From the NCBI RefSeq assembly GCF_009834535.1, contig NC_045697.1:11782001-11846000 (forward strand): a stretch of 64,000 nucleotides of DNA. Direction: 5' to 3'. Positions 13,724 through 24,677 of the stretch are shown piece by piece (within the stretch, counting starts at the first letter, position 1; every line of letters begins with the position of its first letter). Made by a program: the position numbers and the translations under genes. The notes under the pieces were generated by a model. The model worked only from the letters and a program-made list of their open reading frames with translations. It searched no databases and was not told where the DNA came from. The stretch comes from Camelus ferus. Lineage: Eukaryota.

Positions 13724-13990
13724 AGTGTTTCCCAACCAAACTTGAGTCCTCTTGCCCAGTGCCAATCTCCTGACACCGCGTTGTGGTGAAGGGAAGTACA
13801 GCATTTATTGCAGGTGCCAAGCAAGGAGAACAGGAAGTGCATGCTCCTAAGACCCAAACTCCCCACCAATGGCTTTTAGGGAAAGACTTTTAAAGACAGT
13901 GTGAGGGAGAGGCTTGAAGGGTGTGCGATCAGCTCAGGGACATCCTTCTGATTGGCTGGTGGCGAGGTAACCACGTGGTACTTTGGGAGC
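13724..13990 (-). mobile_element. ERV1-type LTR fragment
   Basis: ...ggtgaagggaagtacagcatttattgcagg...ctgattggctggtggcgagg; poly(A)-signal and CCAAT motifs read on the minus strand. Confidence 0.6.
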
Positions 13991-14749
13991 CACGTGACAG
14001 CAGCCAGAACGGACTAAGACAGTGTTGGACACTGAGCCCTGACATGCCATGTTCAGGCTGCCTCTGGGACACCCAGGTGGAAAGGATCAAGTGGCTCCCA
14101 GGGACTCGGGAAGCTGTAATGTTGGAGTTTGGAGGCATGGAGCAGGACGCCAGAAGGGACCTGGTGTATCAGTTTTTCTGTTGATACCCACAGGCTGAGA
14201 ACATGATATGTACCAGGTCCTCACATTCCCAAGCTCAGCCCTAGATCACTTGTGCAGGGCCCACCAAGAGCCTGGAAGTCACCACCAGAGGCTGTGAACA
14301 CCACCTCTAGCCTGTGACAGGGGAGAGATTGGTGAGGGAGAGACAGTGTCCTGGGAGAGGATCACTGGAGAGTTGTGACACTTCCGTTCCCGTCACTCAC
14401 AGAGATGGGGAGGGAGAGGAGGCAAAGGTTCATGTTTTCCCACAAGCCAGATGTGAGCCATATGGGAAGGAGCCAGCCTCGAGGGATCTGGAAAGACATA
14501 CTGCCCAGGAGAATGGCCTGGAACAACAAAGTGGCCCAGCACAGACAGGAACCACAGAAGCTTAGCAGCCAAGTGTTACACCTGCTGGAGGAGAAAATTA
14601 TGTTCCAAGTTGCTGGTCAGAGGCTGTGGTCAGAGGACTCCAGCAGGGATGCACCCAACCAAAGAAACATTTAAAATTCTGCTATTCCCACACAGCACCT
14701 GTGGCTGAATACATCTGGACCAGTCCAGCACATCCTTCCTATCCTGAAC

Positions 14750-14976
14750 TCTTCCTGGAACCAACGTGCCAGCACCCTCGGAAGTGGATGTTCCAGCCCC
14801 AGTCAAGCCTTCAAATGAATGTAGCACCAGATGGCATCTCACAGCAACTTCACAGGACACTCTGAGCCAGAACCACCAAACTAGCCACCCCCAAATTTCT
14901 GACCCACAGATACTGTGAAAGATAGTGCTGTTCTTTTAAGCTACTATTTGTTACGCAGCAGTAGACAGCTAAGACA
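14750..14976 (+). mobile_element. MLT1E/F-like LTR, 3' end
   Basis: ccagccccagtcaagccttcaaatga...ttgttacgcagcagtagacagctaagaca. Confidence 0.65.
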
Positions 14977-16743
14977 TGGCTCCACCCCACAACTATGATT
15001 CAGAACTAGGGAGGGCTCCAGGGTCCATTTTTAATATGCTCCCTAGATGACCTTTTTGATGACTAACTAAAATTAGAGGAAGAGAGGACTAAAGCAGTAT
15101 CGCTGGGAGCCTTGGCATTCAGTGCCTCCAGGAAGCTTACAGTCCCATGGGGGCAACAGGCAATGATTAAACCAAATACTGCCTCTGGGTTTCAGATTTT
15201 GTTTTTATTGAGATATAACATTGTGTAAGCTTACCATGTGCAACATGTTGATTTGATAATCTTGTATATTGCAATATGATGCAATATCCACTGAAGAGTT
15301 TGATAACACCTCTATCACATCATGTAATTATCATTTCTTTTCTGTGCCAAGAAAATTTAAGATCTACTCTCTTAGAACTTTGAAGTATATAACATTGTCA
15401 ACTGTAATCCTTATGCTGTGCCTTAGAGCTCCAGAACTTACGCATCTTCTAGTTGGTAGTTGTTTAATTACAATTGTATATGAAGGAGCTAGGAAGTGGG
15501 CTGGGGTGTCAATCTCCAAGAGTTACTGAAATAGCTCTGGAATGACTTGCAGATCAGCAAGCTAATCACACTTCCATTTATGCCGACAGCTCCACCAAGT
15601 GGACATTTGAAAAACTCTTCTCATCTGAGCTTTTTCAGTTTCTACCCTTATAGTCATGAGCTGCTAAAAGCCCACCATCACCATGGGCTGAAATGCTGGC
15701 TCAGCCCCTGCTGCTTACCAGCTGCTGATTAAATGGCAAGCCCAGTCACCTGCCTCCCCGAGAAGTCTGGTTTGGAAGATCAAATAGGAAAACAGTGAAC
15801 TCAGAAAAAACACTACAAATAAGTGATGTCACAAAAGTATTTTCAAAATGTTGGATCTGCTACTGCCCATGGAAATAAATTTGTTTTAAAAAAAGAAAGG
15901 AAAGAGACGCATTCTTCATGAAATTTTTATTAGCAACAGATATAATCTTATATCAGTAAGAATTTTTGATTAGCGAATACAAACTACTCTAGACAGAATA
16001 GATAAACACAAGGTCCTACTGTATATTCAAAAGCTTGTAATAATCTATCATGAAAAAGAAGATGCTGAAGAATATAAATATACAACGATGTATAACTGAA
16101 TCGCTATCCTGAACACCAAAAACACAGCAGTGTAAATCAACTATACTTTGATTTAAAGAAAGAATTGTTTGAAAATGTGATCTTTGATAATAGTGTTATA
16201 TTTGTTACTAGCATAACTAAATTGTGCTAAGTGTATGACTTATTTGCAGGCTGGTATAACATATTGGCTGAGAGCACAAACTTTGTAGTCTGAATGCCTG
16301 TTCAAATCTTGGCTCTCACTACCTCCTAACCATGTAGACTTAGGCAAGTAACTTCTCTCTGTGCCTCATTCTTCTCAGTTGTAAAAGAGACATAAAAATA
16401 GGAGCTTCCACAATAAAATTGTGAGGATTGGTTAATCCGTGTAAAGCAATACCTACAGCATAGAAAGTTCTCAATAAAAGCACTATGACAATTACTTACC
16501 AGTACTCTATTGTCAGTCTTTTATTAATGATGCAGGAATTAATATATGTTATAATTTTTTGTCCTTGTTTCTGATTATTTCGTGGAATCTAAGATATGGG
16601 ATTACTGGGTCAAAGGTATAAAATTTTAAGAGTATTGATAGAGGTCATCAAATTACTCTCCTAAAAAGTTCTTCTTGGCCCTCCCATCAGCAGGGTTCAA
16701 AAATACATGTCAGTACACACATTAAAAATAGTTGCTAGCAGTA

Positions 16744-16898
16744 GGGGAGGGTAAAGCTCAGTGGTAAAGTGTATGCTTATTAGCATGCACAAGGTCCTGG
16801 GTTCAATCCCCAGTACCTCCATTAAAAAAATAAAATTTAATTTAAACATAAATAAATAAACCTAATTACTTACTCTCCTCAAAAAAAAAAAAAAAAAA
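16744..16898 (+). mobile_element. Camelid-type tRNA-derived SINE
   Basis: A-box agctcagtgg, B-box ggttcaatccc, cctaattac motif, A-tail; partial TSD (gttgctag on both sides). Confidence 0.85.
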
Positions 16899-16911
16899 TG
16901 TTGCTAGTTTG

Positions 16912-17449
16912 TGTTAGGGAGGAAGAAATTTTCCTGTACCCTTCTAGGTTCTTCTGGCTGATCTAAGAAGTAAATTGACATGAGACAGATTAACAGGAGA
17001 AAATCAAATAAAAGTTTAATAATGTGTATACATGGGAGAGACCCAGGAAAACAGTAATTCACCAAAGTGGTCAAAGCCTTCACCTTGAATACCATCTTTA
17101 GCTAAAGATGAAAAAGGATGTGGGAGGTCGTGGTTTCAGGCTTCAAAACGGAGAAAGACAATCCACAGCAAGATGGAAAAGCAAACGTTTGATAAATGTT
17201 TGCTGGGGTCAATGCAGAGACCATGGGACACAGAGTGGCCTCTGATCTCCCACCACTCTCAGCCCACAGTCTTTGCAGATATCTCTGGTGGTAGCTCTGT
17301 TCTGGAAACAAGCCCTTTATCTTTAGGCAGCTAAGAGGGAGGTAAAAAGAACGACTTCTCGAGTCTTCTTCTTCTTAAAGATAATCAGCCTAAAATAATC
17401 CTCATGCCAAAGAGATACAATTTAGTGCAGCAAATTTTGCTCCCCTACC
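16912..17449 (-). mobile_element. ERV1 solo LTR (MER41-like cetartiodactyl type)
   Basis: tgttaggg...ccctacc bounded by a 4-bp TSD tttg (16908-16911 and 17450-17453). Confidence 0.75.
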
Positions 17450-17861
17450 TTTGTTAACTATTACTACTGCCATCTCATTGTCTCAGTTTGCATTCCTTAA
17501 ATAACCAGTGAGGTGGGACATTTTAATTTTTCTCTCACTCAGATTTCTAGTTCAAATGAATTTATCCAGATATGACATAATTTGCAAAAATTTTAGTCAG
17601 AAATCTTCCCTGAAAATGGAGCAAACGTGTATCTAGGAAACTGAGGCAGAGGCCAGAAAGGGACTTGCTTAACTTAGGAGTACTCCCCAGGACACACTCT
17701 CTCAGTGCTAAGAACATTCTAGAAACACATCAGGTGTCCACCCATACTCCCCTGCACACAGGCTGGTCTGGACCCCAAGACAGCAGAAGGCTGAGTAGGA
17801 TTTCCTGTCTAGTGTGTGTCTAAAGCAGATCTGATCATTCCCATTTTACAGATGAGGAAAC

Positions 17862-18335
17862 TGCATTAGTCAGCCAGCAAACAGAAACTACTCAAACAGG
17901 GGAGGATTTCATAAAGGGAATGAGTCATTTAGGAGATGGAAAAATCCAGAATCCAAACAGGGGATAGTGAAGTGACCCAAAGATTAGCAACAGTGGAAAG
18001 CCACTGCTACCCCAGGGCTGAGAGTCGGAGGGAAGAGCCCCATGGGCAGGTCTGCCAGGAGCTGGATCCAAAGGGGAGGGGCTGGCGAGTAGGAGCCAAA
18101 GATGTCACTTCCCCCAGAGATGCCACCAGAGGCAGGAAGGCACATAGAGAAACTGTGGTTTCTCCCCTCCCCAACCCTGCAATCTTCCACGAGGGCCCCT
18201 CACAGCAAAAACCTACAGGCAACCAGCTGGCAAAGGAGCCTGGGACAGGCAGTTCCCTGCAATACAGAGCAGGATGGAGAAGGGCAAGGAATGGGGCTGA
18301 GAAAGGAGGCCAGTGACTGACCCAGTTGCTCACGG
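17862..18335 (-). mobile_element. LTR33-like ERVL LTR
   Basis: gcattagtcag...aacagaaactactc...agattagcaacagtggaaagccactgctacc motifs. Confidence 0.55.
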
Positions 18336-18727
18336 TCCCACCACTACTATGTGGCAGGAACAAGTATGGAAACACAGTGCCCCTGAGTCTATCACCCTGC
18401 AGCCTGGGAGAGAGAAAGGACAGCCTTACCTCTCTAACCCGAGTATCAGATAAGCAACGGGGGACGGGGACCTGTTGCCTGGCTCCGTCACTCACTTGCA
18501 TCAGTACGAGTAGCACACGGGTCGTTACCTTCTCCAGCCTGTCCTTCACCACACGTTCAGCATGTCCTGAACAGTGAGGATTGGGTGTGCAAAATGGAAA
18601 ATAAAGCTTTGTGCGCTAAAGGAAATCTAACCTTCATCCCTTCTCTCCTCTAAGTTCCTAACCATCAGAAACAGACAAACAAGACCATAAGGCAAGGGTG
18701 TTGTAAATCTGCTCTCTGAGGACAAGG

Positions 18728-18786
18728 GAGAGAGCGCAGGGGGGTAGGAGACCCACAGAGAGAGCGCAGGGGGGTGGGAGACCCAC
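18728..18786 (+). repeat. 30-bp tandem duplication (2 copies, 1 mismatch)
   Basis: gagagagcgcaggggggt(a/g)ggagacccac repeated with period 30. Confidence 0.9.
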
Positions 18787-19023
18787 CCTCCCCAAAGTCC
18801 ACACACTGGCCCGGCCCCTGGTCCATGTGGCTGGCCAGTCACTCCTTATGCCAGTCCTTCCTCCTCCACCGTCTCTTCCTCCTCCTCCTCATGTGGTGAG
18901 GACCTCAAAAGAGGAAAAATATGTTTCTGCAAAAACTGCCCCTGGATGTGGGCCCTTTAAGAATACATTAGGAAGAGGAGCCAAGATAAAAGTGTGTGAA
19001 GCACCAAAACAAAGCAGGTACAA

Positions 19024-19750
19024 GATGGGGGTGGAGGACTAGGAGGCACAAACCATCAGGTATAAAATAAGCTACAAGGATGTATTATTGCACAACAGGG
19101 GGAATAGAGTCAGTATTTTATAATAACTATCTAACCTTTAAAAATTCATGAATCACTATATTGTGTACCTATAACATGTAATATTATACATCAACTATAC
19201 TTCAGTTCTAAAAATATGATATTGTAAAATAAATACATAAATAAATTTTAAAATGTAAAAAATAAAAAACATTTTTAAAAACTGGAACCATCATACACTG
19301 CTGGGGGGAATCGAAAATGGTGCAGCTGCTTTGGAAAACAGTCTAGCAATTCCTAAAATGGTTAAACAGAGAGTTACCATATGATACCCAGCAATTCTCT
19401 ACCTAGGTACGTACCCAAGAGAAATGCAAACATACGTCCACACAAAAACTTGTACACAGATATTCATAGCAGGTATAATTCATTATAGCTCCGAAGTGGA
19501 AAGAAGTCAAATGTCTATTAACTGATGAATGGATAGACTAAATGTGGTATAACATACAACAGAACATTATTTGGTAAATTTTAAAAAATGAAGTACTTAT
19601 GTATGCTACAACATGGATGAACTGCGAAAACATCATGCTGGGGGGGCAGGTTTTCTTTTTGAAATAATGAAAATGTTTCCACAACTCTCTGAATAAACTA
19701 AAAGCCATTAAACTGAACAATTTAAGTGGAATGTGAATTATATCTCAGTA
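19024..19750 (+). mobile_element. Adjacent L1 3' ends (younger about 19024-19270, older L1M about 19280-19750)
   Basis: gtataaaataagctacaagga...catcaactatacttca plus an A-rich tail, then aaaatggtgcagctgctttggaaaacag...gaatggatagactaaatgtggtata. Confidence 0.8.
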
Positions 19751-22700
19751 AATCTGTAGATACATAGATAAAAATCCCAGAGTATTAGAGCTCCCTAAAG
19801 AAAAAAAAATGCTTATGTGCTAACACTTTCTTTTGGGACGATGCAATCTCAGGGAAACAGGAACAAGGGGTAAAGGGAGTGAGACAGGAAAAGCTAAAAA
19901 ACAAATTCTAGGTGGTGCGTTCCTGGGCTAGTCGGAGCTGGGTGACAAATACAGCTGTTTGGCTTGGTCTTCCAAGATGTCTTCATCTTGGGCTAAATGA
20001 ATTGTTGCATCTCAGAAGAGTCCACCCGAGGCAGGAAGGAAGAGTTTATCCAGAGGCTCCCTCCAGGGTCCTCCAGCCTCCCACAGAGTGGCAGCTAGTC
20101 CCGTCCCCCAGGGTGGGTCGTCAGGCCCCCTCTAGCAGCCGCTGGAAAGCTAAGTCCCTGTGGGTGCCACCTGGCCAGTGTACAGGAGGCACCTCTGCCG
20201 GGCGGTGTAGGCAGAGGACAGCAGCAGCAGGGACTGGCTCCAGGACCACAAGCGTGAAGGGCTGCTCCGGGTAAAAACCACACAGTGTGTCTGGGGAGAT
20301 GCTTAAACCACGACACCAAACCAAGAGTTATTGTGAAGATCAGATGAAAACATAGTCAAAGTTCCTGGTACCCAGTAAACAATAAATGTTAGATCTTTGT
20401 GCTCCTGTTTCTCTCCCAGCAAGACTTTAAATGCTGCTTAAGGCAGATCGCTCTTATTTACCATTTTGTGAATTGTAGTAGGTCAGTAAACATCTGTCAA
20501 GTAAGTGCACGTTATTAACATGCCCTGTCCCTGCGCAGTGCCTCACCCTGAGAAGGTACTCAACAAACAGCTGACAGTACTACTGAAGTGATGCCCTCTT
20601 AAAAGGAACAAGATTACTATTTTCCTATCATATTTCAACATAAATTAGAGATGGGTAAAAATAAGGATTAAAACAACTAGCTACCTAACATTTCTGTGTG
20701 CCAGTCTTGGCATCATTCAGCTGTTTAATCCCTCGAGATCATTGCCTTTATTGTTCCCATTCCTCACATGGGGAGATTAATGCATCTGCTCAAGGTTCTA
20801 CAGCAAGGAAGGCAGTGGAGGAACCATGTGCAAACGCAGGCAGTCTGACGCAGAGTCCTTCTACGCAACCATTACTCTATTCTGCTACTGCGTGCAGGTT
20901 ACACCCTGGCTGAAGGTCCCAAAGAAAAAGCCGCATTTGTTTCATGGACCCGACCACCATGGGCACCTTCCCAGTACTCTGTAGCCCTGTGACAAGCAGC
21001 CCTGACTACTGCCAGAAGCCGTGGACACCCAGCTTCCAGGGATGCACGGGCTGATCTCTGAGCGGGTGAGAACCCAGCTGGGGAGAGAGCAGAAGCCTCA
21101 CTCTGGAGCGTGGCAGGAAATGAGCATATGGGAGCTGAGGCGAAGGGAAGTGGGAAATGCAATAAACCAGGCTGTAAATTACATGTCTCAGATCAGCGCC
21201 CCGAGAAAAAGGGATTTCAGCAATAAAGTATATCTGTGAGAACAAAGCAGACCCAAGAGGCTGGTAGATTTTTCTAGATTCTGTTCAAGGATAAAGTTTA
21301 GAGGACTCCAACAAAGTGTCTACACTGAGTTAAAGATGTCTGCATGCCCGTTCCCCTCCTCCCCTGCTCTCTTAAACTCACTCTAATCTTTGACCCCTCT
21401 GCTCTACTGGAACTTTTTGTCAGCAGCTAAGTCCGATGGTCACTTTCTAGTGTTCATCTTACTTAATTTCTCAGCAGCACCCGGCACTGCTGTTCACTCC
21501 TTCTCTTTCAATATGCTTTCTTCGCTTTACTCCTAGGACAGCACAATCTCAGTTTTCCTTCTCCCTGTCTCCAGCAAGGTCCAGATCCCAGCCTCTCACT
21601 CAGTCCAAAGGTATTCTTCAGTGTTCTCTTCAGTCCTTTACAGTTAATCTCGTGTTATTCAATAATTCTTTGTGTTAAACTTGCCCCATTCACATCACTG
21701 TGTGGTTCCTGTCTCCTAGACCCTCACTGGCACACAGCGATCTCAGCTAGTTCCATAGCTGTAAATGCCAACTATATGCCCATGATCCCCAAGTTTTTCA
21801 TCTCCACCCCAGATCTCCCTCCTGAACTCCACACTCAAAATACAACTGCCCACTCAACGTCTCCACTGGGATGTTAAGAGACAGAGCAAATCTACGTGCC
21901 CAAAGCTACCCTCCTGATACTCCCAACAAAACTTGCTCTAGCCACAGCCTTCTCCATCACATTTGTTTTAAAAAAAAAAAAAAGCAATCCTCCCTTCCAC
22001 TCATGTCCAAAACCCTGGGAGTCATCCCTGATTCCTCTCACTCACCCTCACAGTCAATCCACCAGGAAATGTTGTTGACTCTACCCTTCAAAATATACTT
22101 TCCCTCACCACCTCCACCACTACCACCCTCGCCATCATTTCTTGCCAAGATCATCACAACAGGCTCAGTATTATCTTCAACATAACAGCCAGTGTAATCT
22201 TTTAAAGTGTATCACTCCTTTGCTCAAAAGCCCCACGATGCCAAAAGTCTAAGCCACGGTCCTTAAAATGCCTACCACCCTACATGGGCCATTGTCAAAC
22301 TGCACCAAGGCACCCCAGGGAATTCCAAGGGACACCACAGGATAGTTTCCAGTTTCTAGGTTAACATAGCGATATCTGTCCCACTGTGATTATTAGATTG
22401 TTAGCACCTAACTACTTATAAAACCACTGTTAAGCATTTCTTCTGATGTAGGGGCACCATGAAAACCTGCAGGGGCTGTAAGTCCAAGACCAAGGTGCCT
22501 GCAGGGTCAGCGGGAGCCCTCTTCCGGGTCCCTGACTCCTCGCTGTGTCCTCACACAGTGGAGGGGCTAGGGACCTCACTGGAGTCACTCTTACAAGGGC
22601 ACCAACCCTACAAATAAGGGCTCGTCTACCAATGGCCCCATCTCCTAATACATCACACTGGGCATTAGGATTTCAGCATATGATCACGTAAATTTGGGGC

Positions 22701-22819
22701 GGGACACAAACATTCAGACACAGCATTCGATGCCTTTGAAAAAAAGTCAGTCCCAGCCTTACTGAGCCCCCATCTCCTTTCCTGTAAAAGTTGGATAATA
22801 TCACCTTGAAAGGTAGTAT

Positions 22820-23610
22820 CAAGAATCCAGAAAGACTCCTCAAATAGTTAGACACAGAATTTCCATACCATGCCTAGGTATATACCCAAAAGAACTGAAC
22901 ACAGGCACCCAGATACCCGTACTGAATGTGTGCACAGCAGTATTATTTACAACAGTCAAAAGGCAGAAAGAACCCAAATATCTAGCAACAGATGGATGGA
23001 TAAACAAATTGTGGTATACACCAACCATGGAATATTCAGCCACAAAAAGAAGTACTAATAGCTGCTATAACATGGACAAACCTCGAAAACATGCTAAGTC
23101 AAGGAGGCCAGACACCAAAGGCCACGTAGTGCATGGCTGTGTTTATATAAAACATCCAGAACACGTACATTCATAGAGACAGAGGAGACTGGTGGTGCCA
23201 GGGGCTGGAGGCAGGGGGGATGAGGAGTAACTGCTCAGTGGGTTTTAGGCTGTATTTTGGGGTGATAAACATGTTTTGGAACTAGACAGAGGTGGTGGTT
23301 ACAGAACACCGTGAACATACTAAAGGCCATTGAATTTGTCACTTTAAAATGGTTAATTTTATGTTACGGGAATTTTATCTTAATAAAGTTTTTTTTGAAA
23401 GAATTGAAAAAGAAAACACTAGATAAACAACCAGGTCCACTGTAGAGCACAGGAACTACATTCAATCTTGTAATAACCTGTAATGAAAAAGAATATATAT
23501 ACACACGTACACACGCAGCCGAATCACATGCTATACACCAGAAACTAACACAACTTTTTAAGTCAACTACGCTTTGGTAAAACAAAAAATTTTTTAATAA
23601 AAGAAAAAAG
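22820..23610 (+). mobile_element. L1MB-like 3' end followed by a cetartiodactyl L1 3' tip
   Basis: ctaggtatatacccaaaagaactgaa...ttatcttaataaa, then agataaacaaccaggtccactgtagagcacaggaact...A-rich tail. Confidence 0.8.
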
Positions 23611-24020
23611 AAAGGAAACACAGGGTTAACGCCTTTATAAACAGCAGCCATTGGTGACCAGGGTCCTGGGCTCATTTCTACCACTTACTGGCCATGGAGA
23701 TGGTAAGTCATTGCTCTGGGCCTCAGTTTCCTCATCTGTAAGATGATGGGTTGGACCGGATCGCTAGTTCTCAATCAGAACAGCCCTGATCAGTCACGTG
23801 GAGCTCTGCTTCTAAACGCGCAGAGCCATTCCCCCCACCCAGGAGGGACTCGTGCCTGTGTCACTGTGCTGAAGACACTCCTTTCAGGGCCTGAGTCCAC
23901 CCCCCCTTTTGAGACCATCAGACTAAAGACCACGAGCAGCCCGTGATTCTGGTACCTTCATCTATGACTGTTCATAAGATGCGTTTTGAGGAAAGAAGAC
24001 AACACAATAAGTGAAGTACA

Positions 24021-24026
24021 TTTATT
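24021..24026 (-). terminator. QDPR: QDPR distal polyadenylation signal AATAAA
   Basis: tttatt on + strand; followed on the minus strand by a GU/U-rich element (ttattgtgttgtcttcttt). Confidence 0.7.
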
Positions 24027-24390
24027 AGGAAGATCAACTCCAAACAATCACAAGTAGTTCTCTTCCCACTTGGCAACTGCGCAGGAAAAAGAAGCTTTAA
24101 CAGAGTCCACAGGATTTTGTTTACACCACAAAAGGAGTTTTAAGGCAGATTAATTCGAGGCTATAAAAACTACATCCGTGACATAAACATAACGTTCAAA
24201 AATAACTCAGGCTCCAAACGTCCCCGATACCAACAAGTCTCTGAACTAGTCAGGTCAGCAGCCACGGGCGGGGACACACCGAGTCTCCGAAGCAACTCAA
24301 CAAGACGCTGATGCCGGGGGGCCATCCTGAGACCGCCCAGACTCTGCGGTTAACACAGACCAACAGAGCTACCCGAGGCCCCCACATGTT

Positions 24391-24396
24391 TTTATT
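24391..24396 (-). terminator. QDPR: Possible QDPR proximal polyadenylation signal AATAAA
   Basis: tttatt on + strand; GU-rich tctgttggtctgtgtt lies downstream on the minus strand. Confidence 0.45.
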
Positions 24397-24571
24397 CCAC
24401 ACAAACCTTCTACACTGTCCTAGGAGAACAAATGCACGTTAGATGAGAGGAAAACAGGGCTCACTATCTCGTACCACGAACAGGATGACAGAAAACACAG
24501 GGCTGGACACAGCCATGTTAACAGATTAATGACTTTTCTGACAGGCCCCTCATAGGCCAACAAAATGCAGC

Positions 24572-24677
24572 TTAAAAACCCACTGGGGTAAGCTCCGTCC
24601 TCCCCTCCGTGGTCACCACTTGGATTAGGCTCCCTGAGCTTGGTCGGTTTTTCTCCGTGATCCAGTCATGGAAGGTT
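24572..24677 (-). CDS. QDPR: QDPR exon 7 coding part ([34 protein letters not shown])
   Basis: Acceptor ctttgttctag|A; TAA stop at 24574-24572; 106 nt. Confidence 0.96.

Noticed and set aside
13109..14865. Cluster of 60-170 aa ORFs (similar clusters at 17936-18577 and 42159-43190)
   Set aside because: They largely overlap LTR-derived sequence, often use non-ATG starts and resemble no protein I recognise.
16744..16820. tRNA-like heads here and at 25772, 35977, 51358 and 52896 as tRNA genes
   Set aside because: They continue into SINE bodies with A-tails and TSDs and lack intact acceptor stems.
16912..17449. Interferon-responsive GAS site in the MER41-like LTR
   Set aside because: A manual scan found no TTCNNNGAA match.
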